Positions 9,451 through 18,063 of a stretch of DNA of 64,000 nt are shown here, in pieces. The position numbers and the translations under genes are program-made. Source of the DNA: Myxococcota bacterium (GTDB taxonomy: Bacteria > Myxococcota_A > UBA796 > UBA2385); the NCBI GenBank assembly GCA_044344255.1, contig JBIJDH010000018.1, forward strand, positions 96,001-160,000, written 5' to 3'. A model generated the notes under the pieces. That model ran no database searches and had not been told where the DNA came from. It saw only the letters and a list, made by a program, of their open reading frames with translations. Within the stretch, counting starts at the first letter, position 1; each line of letters opens with the position of its first letter.

Positions 9451-10512
9451 ATGCGGGTCTTGGTCACCGGGGGCGCTGGCTATATTGGTGCGCACCTCGT
9501 GGTCGATCTGCTGGCGGCGGGCCATCAGGTGACCGTGGTCGATGACCTCAGCACGGGGAGCCGAGAGGCGCTGCGGCGCAGCTCTCTATTGGCGGGGCGC
9601 TCCTGTCGACTCATCATCGGTGACGTCGCCGACCGCGCGCTGATGCTGCGCGCCCTGTCTGGGATTGACACCGTCTTTCACCTCGCGGCGCACAAGGCTG
9701 TCGGCGAGTCGATGGAGCAGCCGGAGCGCTACCTTAAGAACAACCTCGGCGGCATGGCCTCTCTCATCGAGGCGATGCAGACGGCGGGCGTGCGGCGGGT
9801 GGTGTACTCCTCCACGGCGGCGGTCTATGGCACCCAGGGGGACGGCCCCCTACGAGAGGACGCGCCGCTCCGTCCCGAGAGCCCCTACGGATACGCCAAG
9901 GCCGAAGGGGAGCGGATGCTCGACTGGATGGTGCGCTGCCGCGGCTGGTCGGCGGTGTCTCTCCGATATTTCAATCCGGTGGGCGCGCACCCCTCCGGCC
10001 TCATCGGGGAGCCCGTCGCCCGGGCCTCCAACCTCGTGCCGAGCGTGCTCGTGGCCCTCACCGAGCCCGACCGGCGGCTCACCATCTTCGGGACAGACTA
10101 CCCCACGCCCGACGGCACGGGCCTCCGCGACTTCATCCATGTCTGTGACCTCTCTCGGGCCCACCTCGTCGCCCTCCAGGCCCTGGAGCGCGCGGGGCAC
10201 CACGTCTACAACGTCGGCACCGGGCGCCCGAGCAGCGTCCGCGAGGTGCTCACCGCCTGCGCGCGGGCAGCGGGGCGCGACGTGCCCTTTGTGCTCGGCC
10301 CGCGTCGGGCGGGAGACGTCGCGGTGGCCGTCGCCGATCCGCGGCGCTTCCAGTCCGAGCTCGGCTTCAGCGCCCGCCTCAGCCTGGACGACATGGTGGG
10401 CTCGGCCTGGCGCTGGTGGACGCTCAATCCCCAGGGCTACGACGTGAATGAGCCGGCCGGCATGGCACGGTACGAGGGGGCCGACGAGCTCTCCCCGGTG
10501 AGCGTCTGGTGA
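9451..10512 (+). CDS. galE: UDP-glucose 4-epimerase
   Basis: VLVTGGAGYIG, HLAAHKAVGES, YSSTAAVYG, YGYAK (YxxxK), LRYFNPVGAH, FGTDYPTPDGTGLRDFIHV. Confidence 0.95.
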   Translation: MRVLVTGGAGYIGAHLVVDLLAAGHQVTVVDDLSTGSREALRRSSLLAGRSCRLIIGDVADRALMLRALSGIDTVFHLAAHKAVGESMEQPERYLKNNLGGMASLIEAMQTAGVRRVVYSSTAAVYGTQGDGPLREDAPLRPESPYGYAKAEGERMLDWMVRCRGWSAVSLRYFNPVGAHPSGLIGEPVARASNLVPSVLVALTEPDRRLTIFGTDYPTPDGTGLRDFIHVCDLSRAHLVALQALERAGHHVYNVGTGRPSSVREVLTACARAAGRDVPFVLGPRRAGDVAVAVADPRRFQSELGFSARLSLDDMVGSAWRWWTLNPQGYDVNEPAGMARYEGADELSPVSVW

Positions 10513-11534
10513 ACCGAGGGGCCCTCCTGGGGCTCGGCTTCGTGTGGAGCGGCTGCGCGCCCCAGGCGTCCGAGCCTGCTCCTCCCCCGGCGACACCGAG
10601 CTTCGACACCCTCAGCGGGGCGGGCCTCTCGCCGCCGTCCCCGCTCCTTCGAGTCCCTCGAGGGGGGCCGCCTGCCTTTGGGATGTGGGGCTTGAACGGT
10701 CACCTCGACCCGGAGGGCCTCCGCGCCCTCCAGGCCAATTTCGGGATCACCGTGGTTCAGACCGCCACCACCGACCCCCGCTGGGCGGTCGACACCCTGC
10801 TGCCCCGGCTGCGAGAGGCGGGGCTGCAGGTCACGCTGCGGCTCACTGGGGATCACCCCCGCTACACCGACGCGCGCGGCGACTTCGACCTCGCGGCCTG
10901 GGAGGCGCAGCTCGACCGCTGGGCGCCGGAGGAGCTCGCCCCCTTCATCGCCGACGGGACGCTGGCCGGCCACATGCTGCTCGACGACATCGCCAATTTC
11001 GAGGGGCGAGACCCTGACGCCGCCGACCTCGACGAGATGGCCCGCGCCAGCAAGGCGCGGCTCCCGGGGCTGATGACCTTCGTGCGCGAGCGGGCGACCG
11101 CCCTCCCCGAGCCCGTGGGCGGTCGGTACCAGCACGTCGACGCGGCGGTGAACCAGTACAAGGCCCAGCACGGGGACGCGGCGGCCTTCGCCTCGGCCGA
11201 GGCGGCGCGCTGCCGAGCGCTGGGCCTCGGCGTCATCAACGGCCTCAACATCGCCAACGGCGGCGACGGATCGAGCGGGCAGCCGGGCTGGGCCGAGGGC
11301 CGCTTCGCGATGTCCGGGGAGGAGATCCTCCGCGCCGGGGCCCCGCTCGCCACCGCTCCTGGCCTCGGGATGTTCCTCGTCTGGGAGTACGACGGGGAGG
11401 AGCGGTGGTCGGACGGCTCGGTGGGCAGCGACTACTTCGATCAGCCCGACCAGGTCGATGCCCTCGACCGCCTGGGCCGCCTTGTGTCCGAGCAGCCCGC
11501 GATCACCCTCTTACGCGCGCCCGCCCCTGGCTGA
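10509..11534 (+). CDS. Hypothetical lipoprotein, possible TIM-barrel glycoside hydrolase-like
   Basis: GTGA overlap with galE; lipobox-like WSGC; alternating beta/alpha pattern; strong GC3 bias. Function is inference from context only. Confidence 0.6.
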   Translation: MNRGALLGLGFVWSGCAPQASEPAPPPATPSFDTLSGAGLSPPSPLLRVPRGGPPAFGMWGLNGHLDPEGLRALQANFGITVVQTATTDPRWAVDTLLPRLREAGLQVTLRLTGDHPRYTDARGDFDLAAWEAQLDRWAPEELAPFIADGTLAGHMLLDDIANFEGRDPDAADLDEMARASKARLPGLMTFVRERATALPEPVGGRYQHVDAAVNQYKAQHGDAAAFASAEAARCRALGLGVINGLNIANGGDGSSGQPGWAEGRFAMSGEEILRAGAPLATAPGLGMFLVWEYDGEERWSDGSVGSDYFDQPDQVDALDRLGRLVSEQPAITLLRAPAPG

Positions 11535-12575
11535 GGCGGGGGGCGCGGCGGGGGGCGCGGCAGGGGCCGCGGCGGGGGGCGCGGCGGGGAGGATCGAGAA
11601 GATGCTGCTGATGCCGTGCTCCTCCAGGGCCCAAGTCTGCAGCTTACGCCCCCGGGCGAGGTCATAGGCCACCACCCGCGCCGGCAGCGGCTCGGGGGCC
11701 TTGCCGAGGGGGCGCCGCAGCCAGGCGAGGTTCTGCTTCAAGGCGGTGGGGCGGAGGCGGCTGAAGCAGAGGTAGGTGAGCCCGCCCTCGCGGAGGATCC
11801 CCCGGCACCAGCCGAGGGGCCGGCCGCCCTCCTCGCCGATGCGGTCGAGGTTGTAACGCTCCTCGATCCGCGCGCCGCCGCGATCGAGCCGCAGCACCGC
11901 GCCGGACACCACCGTGAACCACAGCCCGTCCTCGTCCAGCACGCCGTCGTGGATCGGGTCGTCGGCGAGGCGGGGGGTGGTGGGCCGGGGCTCACCCGCC
12001 GGGGCGTCGAGGCAGAGGGCGTCGCGCTGCTCGAAGCGGGTCACCCAGCGGCGGCCCGCGAGGGTGAAGAGGTAGTTCGGGTGCGCCTGATGGGGCTTGG
12101 TGGTGGGGACGAGCCGGTAGTCGGTGGCCCGAGAGAAGCGGGCGGAAGGATCGGCCGCGGTCGCGCTGAGCACGGCGACGAGCTGCTCGTCGGCCTCGTC
12201 GAAGACCAGCACGGCGTCGAGGCCGGTAGAGACGACGTGCAGCCGCCCGTCGATGCGGGTGACGTGGTGGACGTCGTTCATCCAGGGGTGGCTGAGCGTG
12301 CGGACCACGCGCTCGGCGCGGGGATCGAAGAAGAGCACCTCCGTCTGGGTGCAGAGCAGGAGGGTGTCACCGTCCCAGGACGCCGCCTTGAACACGAAGG
12401 AGGGGTCCTCTGCCGGGCATCGCCCCGGCGGCGAGGCGTGTTCGAGGACGGTACGGACAGCGCCGCTCTCGGTGTCCAGCTCGAGCAACACGGCCTTCTC
12501 GTAGGCCTGCCACTCGTCGCGCGCCTTGAGCCGCGCCCCGCGCTGCCGCCCGCCGGTGATGAAGGTGCGGGGCAT
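11511..12575 (-). CDS. Hypothetical beta-propeller-like protein
   Basis: Coding-like codon bias; repeated beta-rich units with NDVHHV, HPNYLF, IHDG, GWCRGI. Divergent from the hydrolase-ACP cassette. Confidence 0.7.
   Translation of the reverse strand: MPRTFITGGRQRGARLKARDEWQAYEKAVLLELDTESGAVRTVLEHASPPGRCPAEDPSFVFKAASWDGDTLLLCTQTEVLFFDPRAERVVRTLSHPWMNDVHHVTRIDGRLHVVSTGLDAVLVFDEADEQLVAVLSATAADPSARFSRATDYRLVPTTKPHQAHPNYLFTLAGRRWVTRFEQRDALCLDAPAGEPRPTTPRLADDPIHDGVLDEDGLWFTVVSGAVLRLDRGGARIEERYNLDRIGEEGGRPLGWCRGILREGGLTYLCFSRLRPTALKQNLAWLRRPLGKAPEPLPARVVAYDLARGRKLQTWALEEHGISSIFSILPAAPPAAAPAAPPAAPPASARGGRA
11535..11582. repeat. 4 x 12-bp imperfect GC-rich tandem repeat (GGCGGGGGGCGC) at a convergent gene junction
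   Basis: Read directly; encodes the Ala/Pro C-terminal tail of the minus-strand gene. Confidence 0.8.
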
Positions 12576-12756
12576 GGACTGCAGCGCCTCGGTGGGGCGA
12601 ATGGGGCGTCTGGCTTATCCGAGCACAGGCGGCGCCGCGAGGCCCGCGGCCCGCCCCGCCGGGCTCCCCCTCCGGATGCGAGGTGGGTGTCACTCGGCTA
12701 TCTTCGCGCCGCTTCGTGCCTCGTGATCGGCGAGCTCGCAGGCCGTGGAGGTTCCG

Positions 12757-14484
12757 ATGGGGGGCACCAGTCCGGTGGCGCGAGGTCCGCTCGGGGCGGC
12801 GGAGGCCGAGGCCGCCGGGGGCCTGCGCCGGCGCAGGGGCTACCTTCGCGGGGCCTTCGTGGTGGAGCACGCCCCGGCCGGGCCGACCGCGCGCCACGCC
12901 GCCATCCTTGTCCTGCCGCCGCTCGGCTACGAAGACACGAGCGCGTATCGTCCCCTCCGCGTGCTGGCCGACACGCTGGCGGCGAAGGGGTACTCCGTCT
13001 GGCGCCTCGACTGGCCGGGCCTCGGGGACAGCGCGGGAGAAGCGGAGACCCCCAATCTCTTCGAGTCCATGCGCGCCGCCGTCTCCGAGGCCGTCGCCGC
13101 GCTGCGAGCGCGGGGGCACGGGCGGATCATCGGCGTGGGCGTGCGCGGCGGGGCGCTCTTCGCCCTCGCGGAGCCGGGGCTGGACGACCTCATCCTCTGG
13201 GGCCTCCCCGCCAGCGGGCGGGCCTGGGTGCGGGAGGAGCGCGCCTTCCACCGGATGGCGGCCCGGGCCTTCGGCGCGGCGCCCGCCGGGGCTACCCCGC
13301 CGGCGGGGGCCCTCGAGGCGGGCGGCTTCGGCTTCAGCGCCGAGACGGTATTGGGCATCGAGGGCCTGGACGCCGTCACCCTCGCCGCGCGGGCCGGTCG
13401 CGGGCGCGTGCTCCTCATCCCGCGCGAGGGCAGCACCCCCGCCGCCGCGCTGCGGAGCGCCTTCGAGGCCAGCGGGGCCGCGCTCACGCTCAGCGAGGCG
13501 GGCGGCGTCGGAGATCTCCTCGAAGACCCCTACCGCGCTGCTCTCCAGCCGCGGGTGAGCGAGGCGATCCTCGACTGGCTGCCGGCGGAGGAGGGCCGGC
13601 TGCCGCTCGGACCCGCCCGCTGGGCACCCTCGATCACCTTCGACGGGCAGGTTCGGGAGCGCCCGTGGATCGCCGCCGGCGGGAGCGGGGAGCTCTCGGG
13701 AATCCTCTGTGAGCCCGCGGGCGGCGCGGGGCCCGGCGCGCGGTGGGTGATCTTCTACAACGCGGGCGGGGTGCGCCGCTCCGGCCCGAACCGCCTCTGG
13801 ACCCGCGCCGCGCGCGCCCTCGCCCGGGCCGGCCGCCCCTCCCTGCGCATCGACGTGCGCGACGTCGGCGACAGCGACGGCGCCCACGCCCCCCACAAGG
13901 ACCTCGAGGCGATGTACAGCGAGGCCTCGATCGCCGACGCCCTCCTCGCGTACGATCACGCCGTCGCCGCCGGGGCCGGCGCGGTCGATGTCGTGGGCCT
14001 CTGCTCGGGGGCCTTCCTCGGCGCCCAGGTCGCGGCCCGGCGTCGGGTGCGGCGGGCGCTGCTCTTCAACGGCCTCGCCTTCGTCTGGAACGAGGACGCG
14101 AAGGCGAGCGGCATGACGGCGCAGATCGGCCGCTCCCTCCTCGACGCCCGGCGCTGGCGGCGCCTCCTGAGCGGGCGGATCGATCGGGTCGCGCTCGTCC
14201 GCTCGATGGCGGTCAAGGCCCGGATGAAGGCCGAGGCCTCCCTCACCCGCCTCCGCGGCGGTGAGGTAGAGAGCGAGGTCTCCCAGCTCTTCCGGCTGAT
14301 CCACGCCCAGGGCACCCTCACGGAGCTGGTGTCGAGCGAGGGCGATCCGAGCATCGCCTACCTCGAGCGGCTGGTGGCGGCGCCGCTCCGTCCACCGCTC
14401 ACGGTGATCCCCGGGGTGGATCACACGATTCGCCCGCTCTGGGCACATGAGCGGGTGGTCGCGCTGGTGCTCGGCGAGGGTTGA
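12757..14484 (+). CDS. Tandem alpha/beta-hydrolase fold protein (two domains, resembling exosortase/EPS-associated hydrolases 2 and 1)
   Basis: ATG after GGAGG; domain 1 RLDWPGLGDSAG with elbow GVRGG; domain 2 RIDVRDVGDSDG with elbow GLCSG and C-terminal DHTI. Confidence 0.8.
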   Translation: MGGTSPVARGPLGAAEAEAAGGLRRRRGYLRGAFVVEHAPAGPTARHAAILVLPPLGYEDTSAYRPLRVLADTLAAKGYSVWRLDWPGLGDSAGEAETPNLFESMRAAVSEAVAALRARGHGRIIGVGVRGGALFALAEPGLDDLILWGLPASGRAWVREERAFHRMAARAFGAAPAGATPPAGALEAGGFGFSAETVLGIEGLDAVTLAARAGRGRVLLIPREGSTPAAALRSAFEASGAALTLSEAGGVGDLLEDPYRAALQPRVSEAILDWLPAEEGRLPLGPARWAPSITFDGQVRERPWIAAGGSGELSGILCEPAGGAGPGARWVIFYNAGGVRRSGPNRLWTRAARALARAGRPSLRIDVRDVGDSDGAHAPHKDLEAMYSEASIADALLAYDHAVAAGAGAVDVVGLCSGAFLGAQVAARRRVRRALLFNGLAFVWNEDAKASGMTAQIGRSLLDARRWRRLLSGRIDRVALVRSMAVKARMKAEASLTRLRGGEVESEVSQLFRLIHAQGTLTELVSSEGDPSIAYLERLVAAPLRPPLTVIPGVDHTIRPLWAHERVVALVLGEG

Positions 14485-14613
14485 ACTCGGTCGCTCCAAT
14501 TCCCTTGCGGAGCGCGTGGGTTCGGGCGAAGTTCGCTGCGCGGCCAGGGCCCTTCGTCACGAACAAGGACCCCCTCCTCCACGGGTCGTGGAGCGTCGAT
14601 CACCGGAGTCTCC

Positions 14614-14865
14614 GTGTCCACCGTCGAACCCATTGATTATGTTCGGGAGATCCTGGCAAAGCATGGCCGCCTCTCGGCGGACGTGATGAGCCTCGCCCCC
14701 GCTGATGACCTCTACGCGGTGGGCCTCACCTCGCTCACCACTGTCCACATCATGCTGGCCCTCGAAGACCAGTTCGGGGTCGAGTTCCCCGATCGCCTCC
14801 TCGGTCGAAAGACCTTTGGGAGCATCCAGTCCATCGTCGAGGCCGTGGAAGAGCTGGTCGGCTGA
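14614..14865 (+). CDS. Acyl/aminoacyl carrier protein
   Basis: 83 aa acidic; DDLYAVGLTSLTTVHIMLALEDQFGVEFPD with the phosphopantetheine Ser; GGAG RBS before GTG. Confidence 0.92.
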   Translation: MSTVEPIDYVREILAKHGRLSADVMSLAPADDLYAVGLTSLTTVHIMLALEDQFGVEFPDRLLGRKTFGSIQSIVEAVEELVG

Positions 14866-14903
14866 CCCTCCCGTCGCACCCCGCCGTCCGAAGGACAAGC
14901 GCC

Positions 14904-16088
14904 ATGGAACATTCGAGTCCCCCCGCCGTTCGCCTGCGCGAGCTCACCCGGCGGCTCCATGAGATCGGCCGGGACGTGGTGGCGCCGCACGCCGCCGCGG
15001 TCGATCGCGACGCCCGCTTCCCCCACGAGGCCTTCGCGGCCTTAAAGGCCGAGCGCCTGCTGTCCTGCTTCGTCCCCGAGGCCTACGGCGGCATGGGGCT
15101 GCACTTCAGCGAGCTCACCCGGCTCTGCGAGGTGCTGGGGCTCTACTGCGGCTCGACGGCGATGGTCTTCGCGATGCACCAGATCCAGGTGGGCTGCGTG
15201 GTGCACCACGCCACCGGCTCGCCGGTCTTCGAGGACCTCCTCCGTGAGCTCTGCCGGGAGCAGCTCGTGATGGCCTCCGCCACGACCGAGCTCGGCATCG
15301 GCGGTGACGTGCGCACGAGCCGCTGCGCGGTGCGGGTCGAAGGAGACCGCTACCTGCTCGAGAAGCAGGCGCCGGTCATCTCCTACGCCGACCACGCTGA
15401 CATCATCCTCGTGACCGCCCGCCGCGCCCCCGACGCCGCGCCGGGTGACCAGGTGCACGTGATGGTGCGGCGGTCCGAGTGTACGCTCGAGCCCCTCTCC
15501 ACCTGGGACACCCTCGGCTTCCGCGGCACCTGCAGCATCGGCTACACGCTGCGCGCGGAGGGTCCGGTCTCGAACATCCTGCCGGTCCCCTACGCCGAGA
15601 TCCACCAGAAGACGATGCATCCCTTCTCCCACATCGTCTGGAGCGCCCTCTGGCTCGGCATCGCCACCGACGCGGTGCAGCGGGCGCGGGCGTCCGTGCG
15701 GGCGGAGGCGCGGAAGACCCCAGGCACGCTGCCGCCCTCGGCGATGCGCTTGGCCGAGCTTGACACCGTGCTCTTCACGATGCGCAGCGGCGTCGAGGCG
15801 GTGCTCGCTGACTACCAGGCCCGGCTCCACCGCTTCGCGGGCGAGCCCTTCCCCTCCGACTACGGCTTCTCGCTCCGCGTGAGCAACCTGAAGGTCACCG
15901 CCTCCACGCTGATCATCGAGATCGTGGGCAAGGCGATGCTCATCGCCGGCATCACCGGCTACCGCAACGACGCCCCAGGCTCGCTCTGCCGCCACCTGCG
16001 GGACGCGTACGGGGCCTCGCTGATGGTCAGCAACGAGCGCATCCTGGGACAGAGCTCCACCATGCAGATCCTCCATCGGGAAGGGTGA
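14904..16088 (+). CDS. Acyl-CoA/acyl-ACP dehydrogenase family flavoprotein
   Basis: VDRDARFPHEA, VPEAYGGMG, STAMVFAMH, KQAPVISYA, WDTLGFRGTCS, RHLRDA motifs. Confidence 0.9.
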   Translation: MEHSSPPAVRLRELTRRLHEIGRDVVAPHAAAVDRDARFPHEAFAALKAERLLSCFVPEAYGGMGLHFSELTRLCEVLGLYCGSTAMVFAMHQIQVGCVVHHATGSPVFEDLLRELCREQLVMASATTELGIGGDVRTSRCAVRVEGDRYLLEKQAPVISYADHADIILVTARRAPDAAPGDQVHVMVRRSECTLEPLSTWDTLGFRGTCSIGYTLRAEGPVSNILPVPYAEIHQKTMHPFSHIVWSALWLGIATDAVQRARASVRAEARKTPGTLPPSAMRLAELDTVLFTMRSGVEAVLADYQARLHRFAGEPFPSDYGFSLRVSNLKVTASTLIIEIVGKAMLIAGITGYRNDAPGSLCRHLRDAYGASLMVSNERILGQSSTMQILHREG

Positions 16089-16092
16089 GGCC

Positions 16093-17022
16093 ATGAGCTG
16101 TCTCAGCGGTGAAGATCCGCAGCGCGCCTATCAGGACGACCTCGTCGCCGCCGGGCTGCTGCTCCGGCTCGGTGCCCAGGGGCTCTATGCCCGCAGCGGC
16201 GTCTTCGAGGGGGTGATCCGGCAGTTCGAGGCCTACGTCCACCGCGCCGCCCCGCCCGTCGACGCCACTTGGCGCCTGCCGCCGGTCTTCGCCCGCGACC
16301 ACTACTGCGGCATCAACCACATCTACAACTTCCCCGATCTGCTCGGCTCCATCGACGAGTTCAAGGGGGCCGACCGCGAGCACCAGGCCCTCCTCCGTGC
16401 CTTCGAGAAACGAGAGGAGGGGGAGGACTGGACCCGCTCGCTCGGCCCCTCCAACCTGATGATGGTGCCGGCGGCCTGCTACCCGATCTACCCGACGCTC
16501 ACGGGCACGCTCCCCCCGGGCGGGCGGCTGATCGACCTCCAGGGCTTCGTGTTTCGCAACGAGCCCTCGGACGACCCCTGTCGGATGCTCATCTTCCGCC
16601 AGCAGGAGTATGTCTGCGTGGGGACGCCGCAGGCGGCCCTCGACCACCGCGACGCCTGGATCGAGCGCGGCCTCGTGCTGCTGCGGGCCCTGGGGCTGCC
16701 AGTGGAGTCGGTGGTCGCCAATGACCCCTTCTTCGGCCGGGGGGGCCGCCTCGCCAAGGCCACGCAGCGGGAGCAGACCCTCAAGTTCGAGCTGGTGGTG
16801 CCGGTCACCTCCGAGGAGCGGCCCACGGCGGTCACCTCCTCGAACTGCCACCTCGACTACTTCGGGGGGGCCTTCGACATTCGCACCGACGACGGTGAGC
16901 TCGCCCACTCGGCCTGCGTGGGCTTCGGGATCGAGCGGGTGGCGCTCGCCCTGTTTCGGCACCACGGCTTCGACGTCTCCGCCTGGCCCGCCGCGGTCCG
17001 GCGCCTGCTCGAGCTCGGCTGA
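16093..17022 (+). CDS. Amino acid--[acyl-carrier-protein] ligase (atypical SerRS catalytic-domain homolog)
   Basis: 309 aa with no tRNA-binding arm; PAACYPIYP, FRNEPSDDPCRMLIFRQQEYV, ANDPFFGRGG, HSACVGFGIER (Cys/Glu/Cys Zn ligands; class II motifs 2 and 3); next to an ACP. Confidence 0.92.
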   Translation: MSCLSGEDPQRAYQDDLVAAGLLLRLGAQGLYARSGVFEGVIRQFEAYVHRAAPPVDATWRLPPVFARDHYCGINHIYNFPDLLGSIDEFKGADREHQALLRAFEKREEGEDWTRSLGPSNLMMVPAACYPIYPTLTGTLPPGGRLIDLQGFVFRNEPSDDPCRMLIFRQQEYVCVGTPQAALDHRDAWIERGLVLLRALGLPVESVVANDPFFGRGGRLAKATQREQTLKFELVVPVTSEERPTAVTSSNCHLDYFGGAFDIRTDDGELAHSACVGFGIERVALALFRHHGFDVSAWPAAVRRLLELG

Positions 17023-17088
17023 GACCCTGGCGCTCCGCCGCGCCCGGCCCCCGCCCGACGATAGACCCTCGACCCTGGAGACCGGGCC

Positions 17089-18063
17089 ATGCCGCGAGTC
17101 GCCCCGCTCGACCCCTCGACCTATGTCCGCCACCGTACGCACCAGCCGGGGCGGACCTGGGCCGAGACCAACTGTTACACCGACGTCGTCATCGAGCTCC
17201 TCCACGGGCTCGGCCACGAGCCGCTCGCCGCGCTCCCCTTCACGCTGACCATCGACCTCGACGTCGACCAGTGGACCTTCTTCAAGTTCCCCCACCAAGA
17301 CATCGCGGCCCTCTACGCCCTGGGCGTCCACGAGCTCGCCCCCTGGCGCCCGCTCGTCGAGCACCTCGAGGAGCTGGCCGCGGCCGGCCTGCCTGTGCTG
17401 GTGGAGCTCGACTCCTTCTACCTCCCCGACACCGCGGGCTCGGCCTATGGGCTGGCTCACGTCAAGTCGACGGTGGCGGTCAATGAGGTCGACCGGGCGC
17501 GCGGCGGCCTCGGCTATTTCCACAACCAGGGCTATCACTGGCTCGAGGGACAGGACTTCCTGGACGTCCTGCAGGTGGGGGGCCTCGTGCACCCGCGCAT
17601 GATGCCGCCCTACATCGAGATCGTGAAGCCGCTGCCGCGGGCGCGGGCCCTGCGGGGGGCGGACCTCGTCGAGGGCTCCCTCGCGGTGCTCCAGCAGCAG
17701 CTCCGCCTCCGCCCGGAGACGAACCCCTTTCGACGCTTTCGGGTGAAGTTCGAGGCGGATATGCCTGGACTGCTCGAGGCCGACCTCGAGCACTTCCACG
17801 CCTACTCCTTCGCGACGCTGCGTCAGTACGGGGCCTGCTACGAGCTGGCCTCCACCTATCTCAGCTGGCTCGGCGAGCAGGGCGTAGATGGTCTCCAGTC
17901 GGCGGTGGACGACCTCGGTCACATCTCCACCGCCACCAAGGCCCTCCAGCTCCGGCTGGCCCGCTCGATGATGCGCAAGAAGGCGCTCGACCTCTCGGTC
18001 CTCGACGAGCTCGCCCTCCGCTGGGACGCGGCGATGGAGCTGCTGGTGGCCCGCCATGGCTGA
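17089..18063 (+). CDS. DUF1839-like protein (putative Cys/His acyltransferase)
   Basis: WAETNCYTD, DQWTFFKFP, LVELDSFYLPDTAG, HVKST, YFHNQGY, FHAYSFATLRQYGA; this family is usually found beside aa:CP ligases. Confidence 0.8.
   Translation: MPRVAPLDPSTYVRHRTHQPGRTWAETNCYTDVVIELLHGLGHEPLAALPFTLTIDLDVDQWTFFKFPHQDIAALYALGVHELAPWRPLVEHLEELAAAGLPVLVELDSFYLPDTAGSAYGLAHVKSTVAVNEVDRARGGLGYFHNQGYHWLEGQDFLDVLQVGGLVHPRMMPPYIEIVKPLPRARALRGADLVEGSLAVLQQQLRLRPETNPFRRFRVKFEADMPGLLEADLEHFHAYSFATLRQYGACYELASTYLSWLGEQGVDGLQSAVDDLGHISTATKALQLRLARSMMRKKALDLSVLDELALRWDAAMELLVARHG

Noticed and set aside
16093..17022. Seryl-tRNA synthetase
   Set aside because: Lacks the N-terminal tRNA-binding domain and lies beside an ACP; fits the aa:carrier-protein ligase family.
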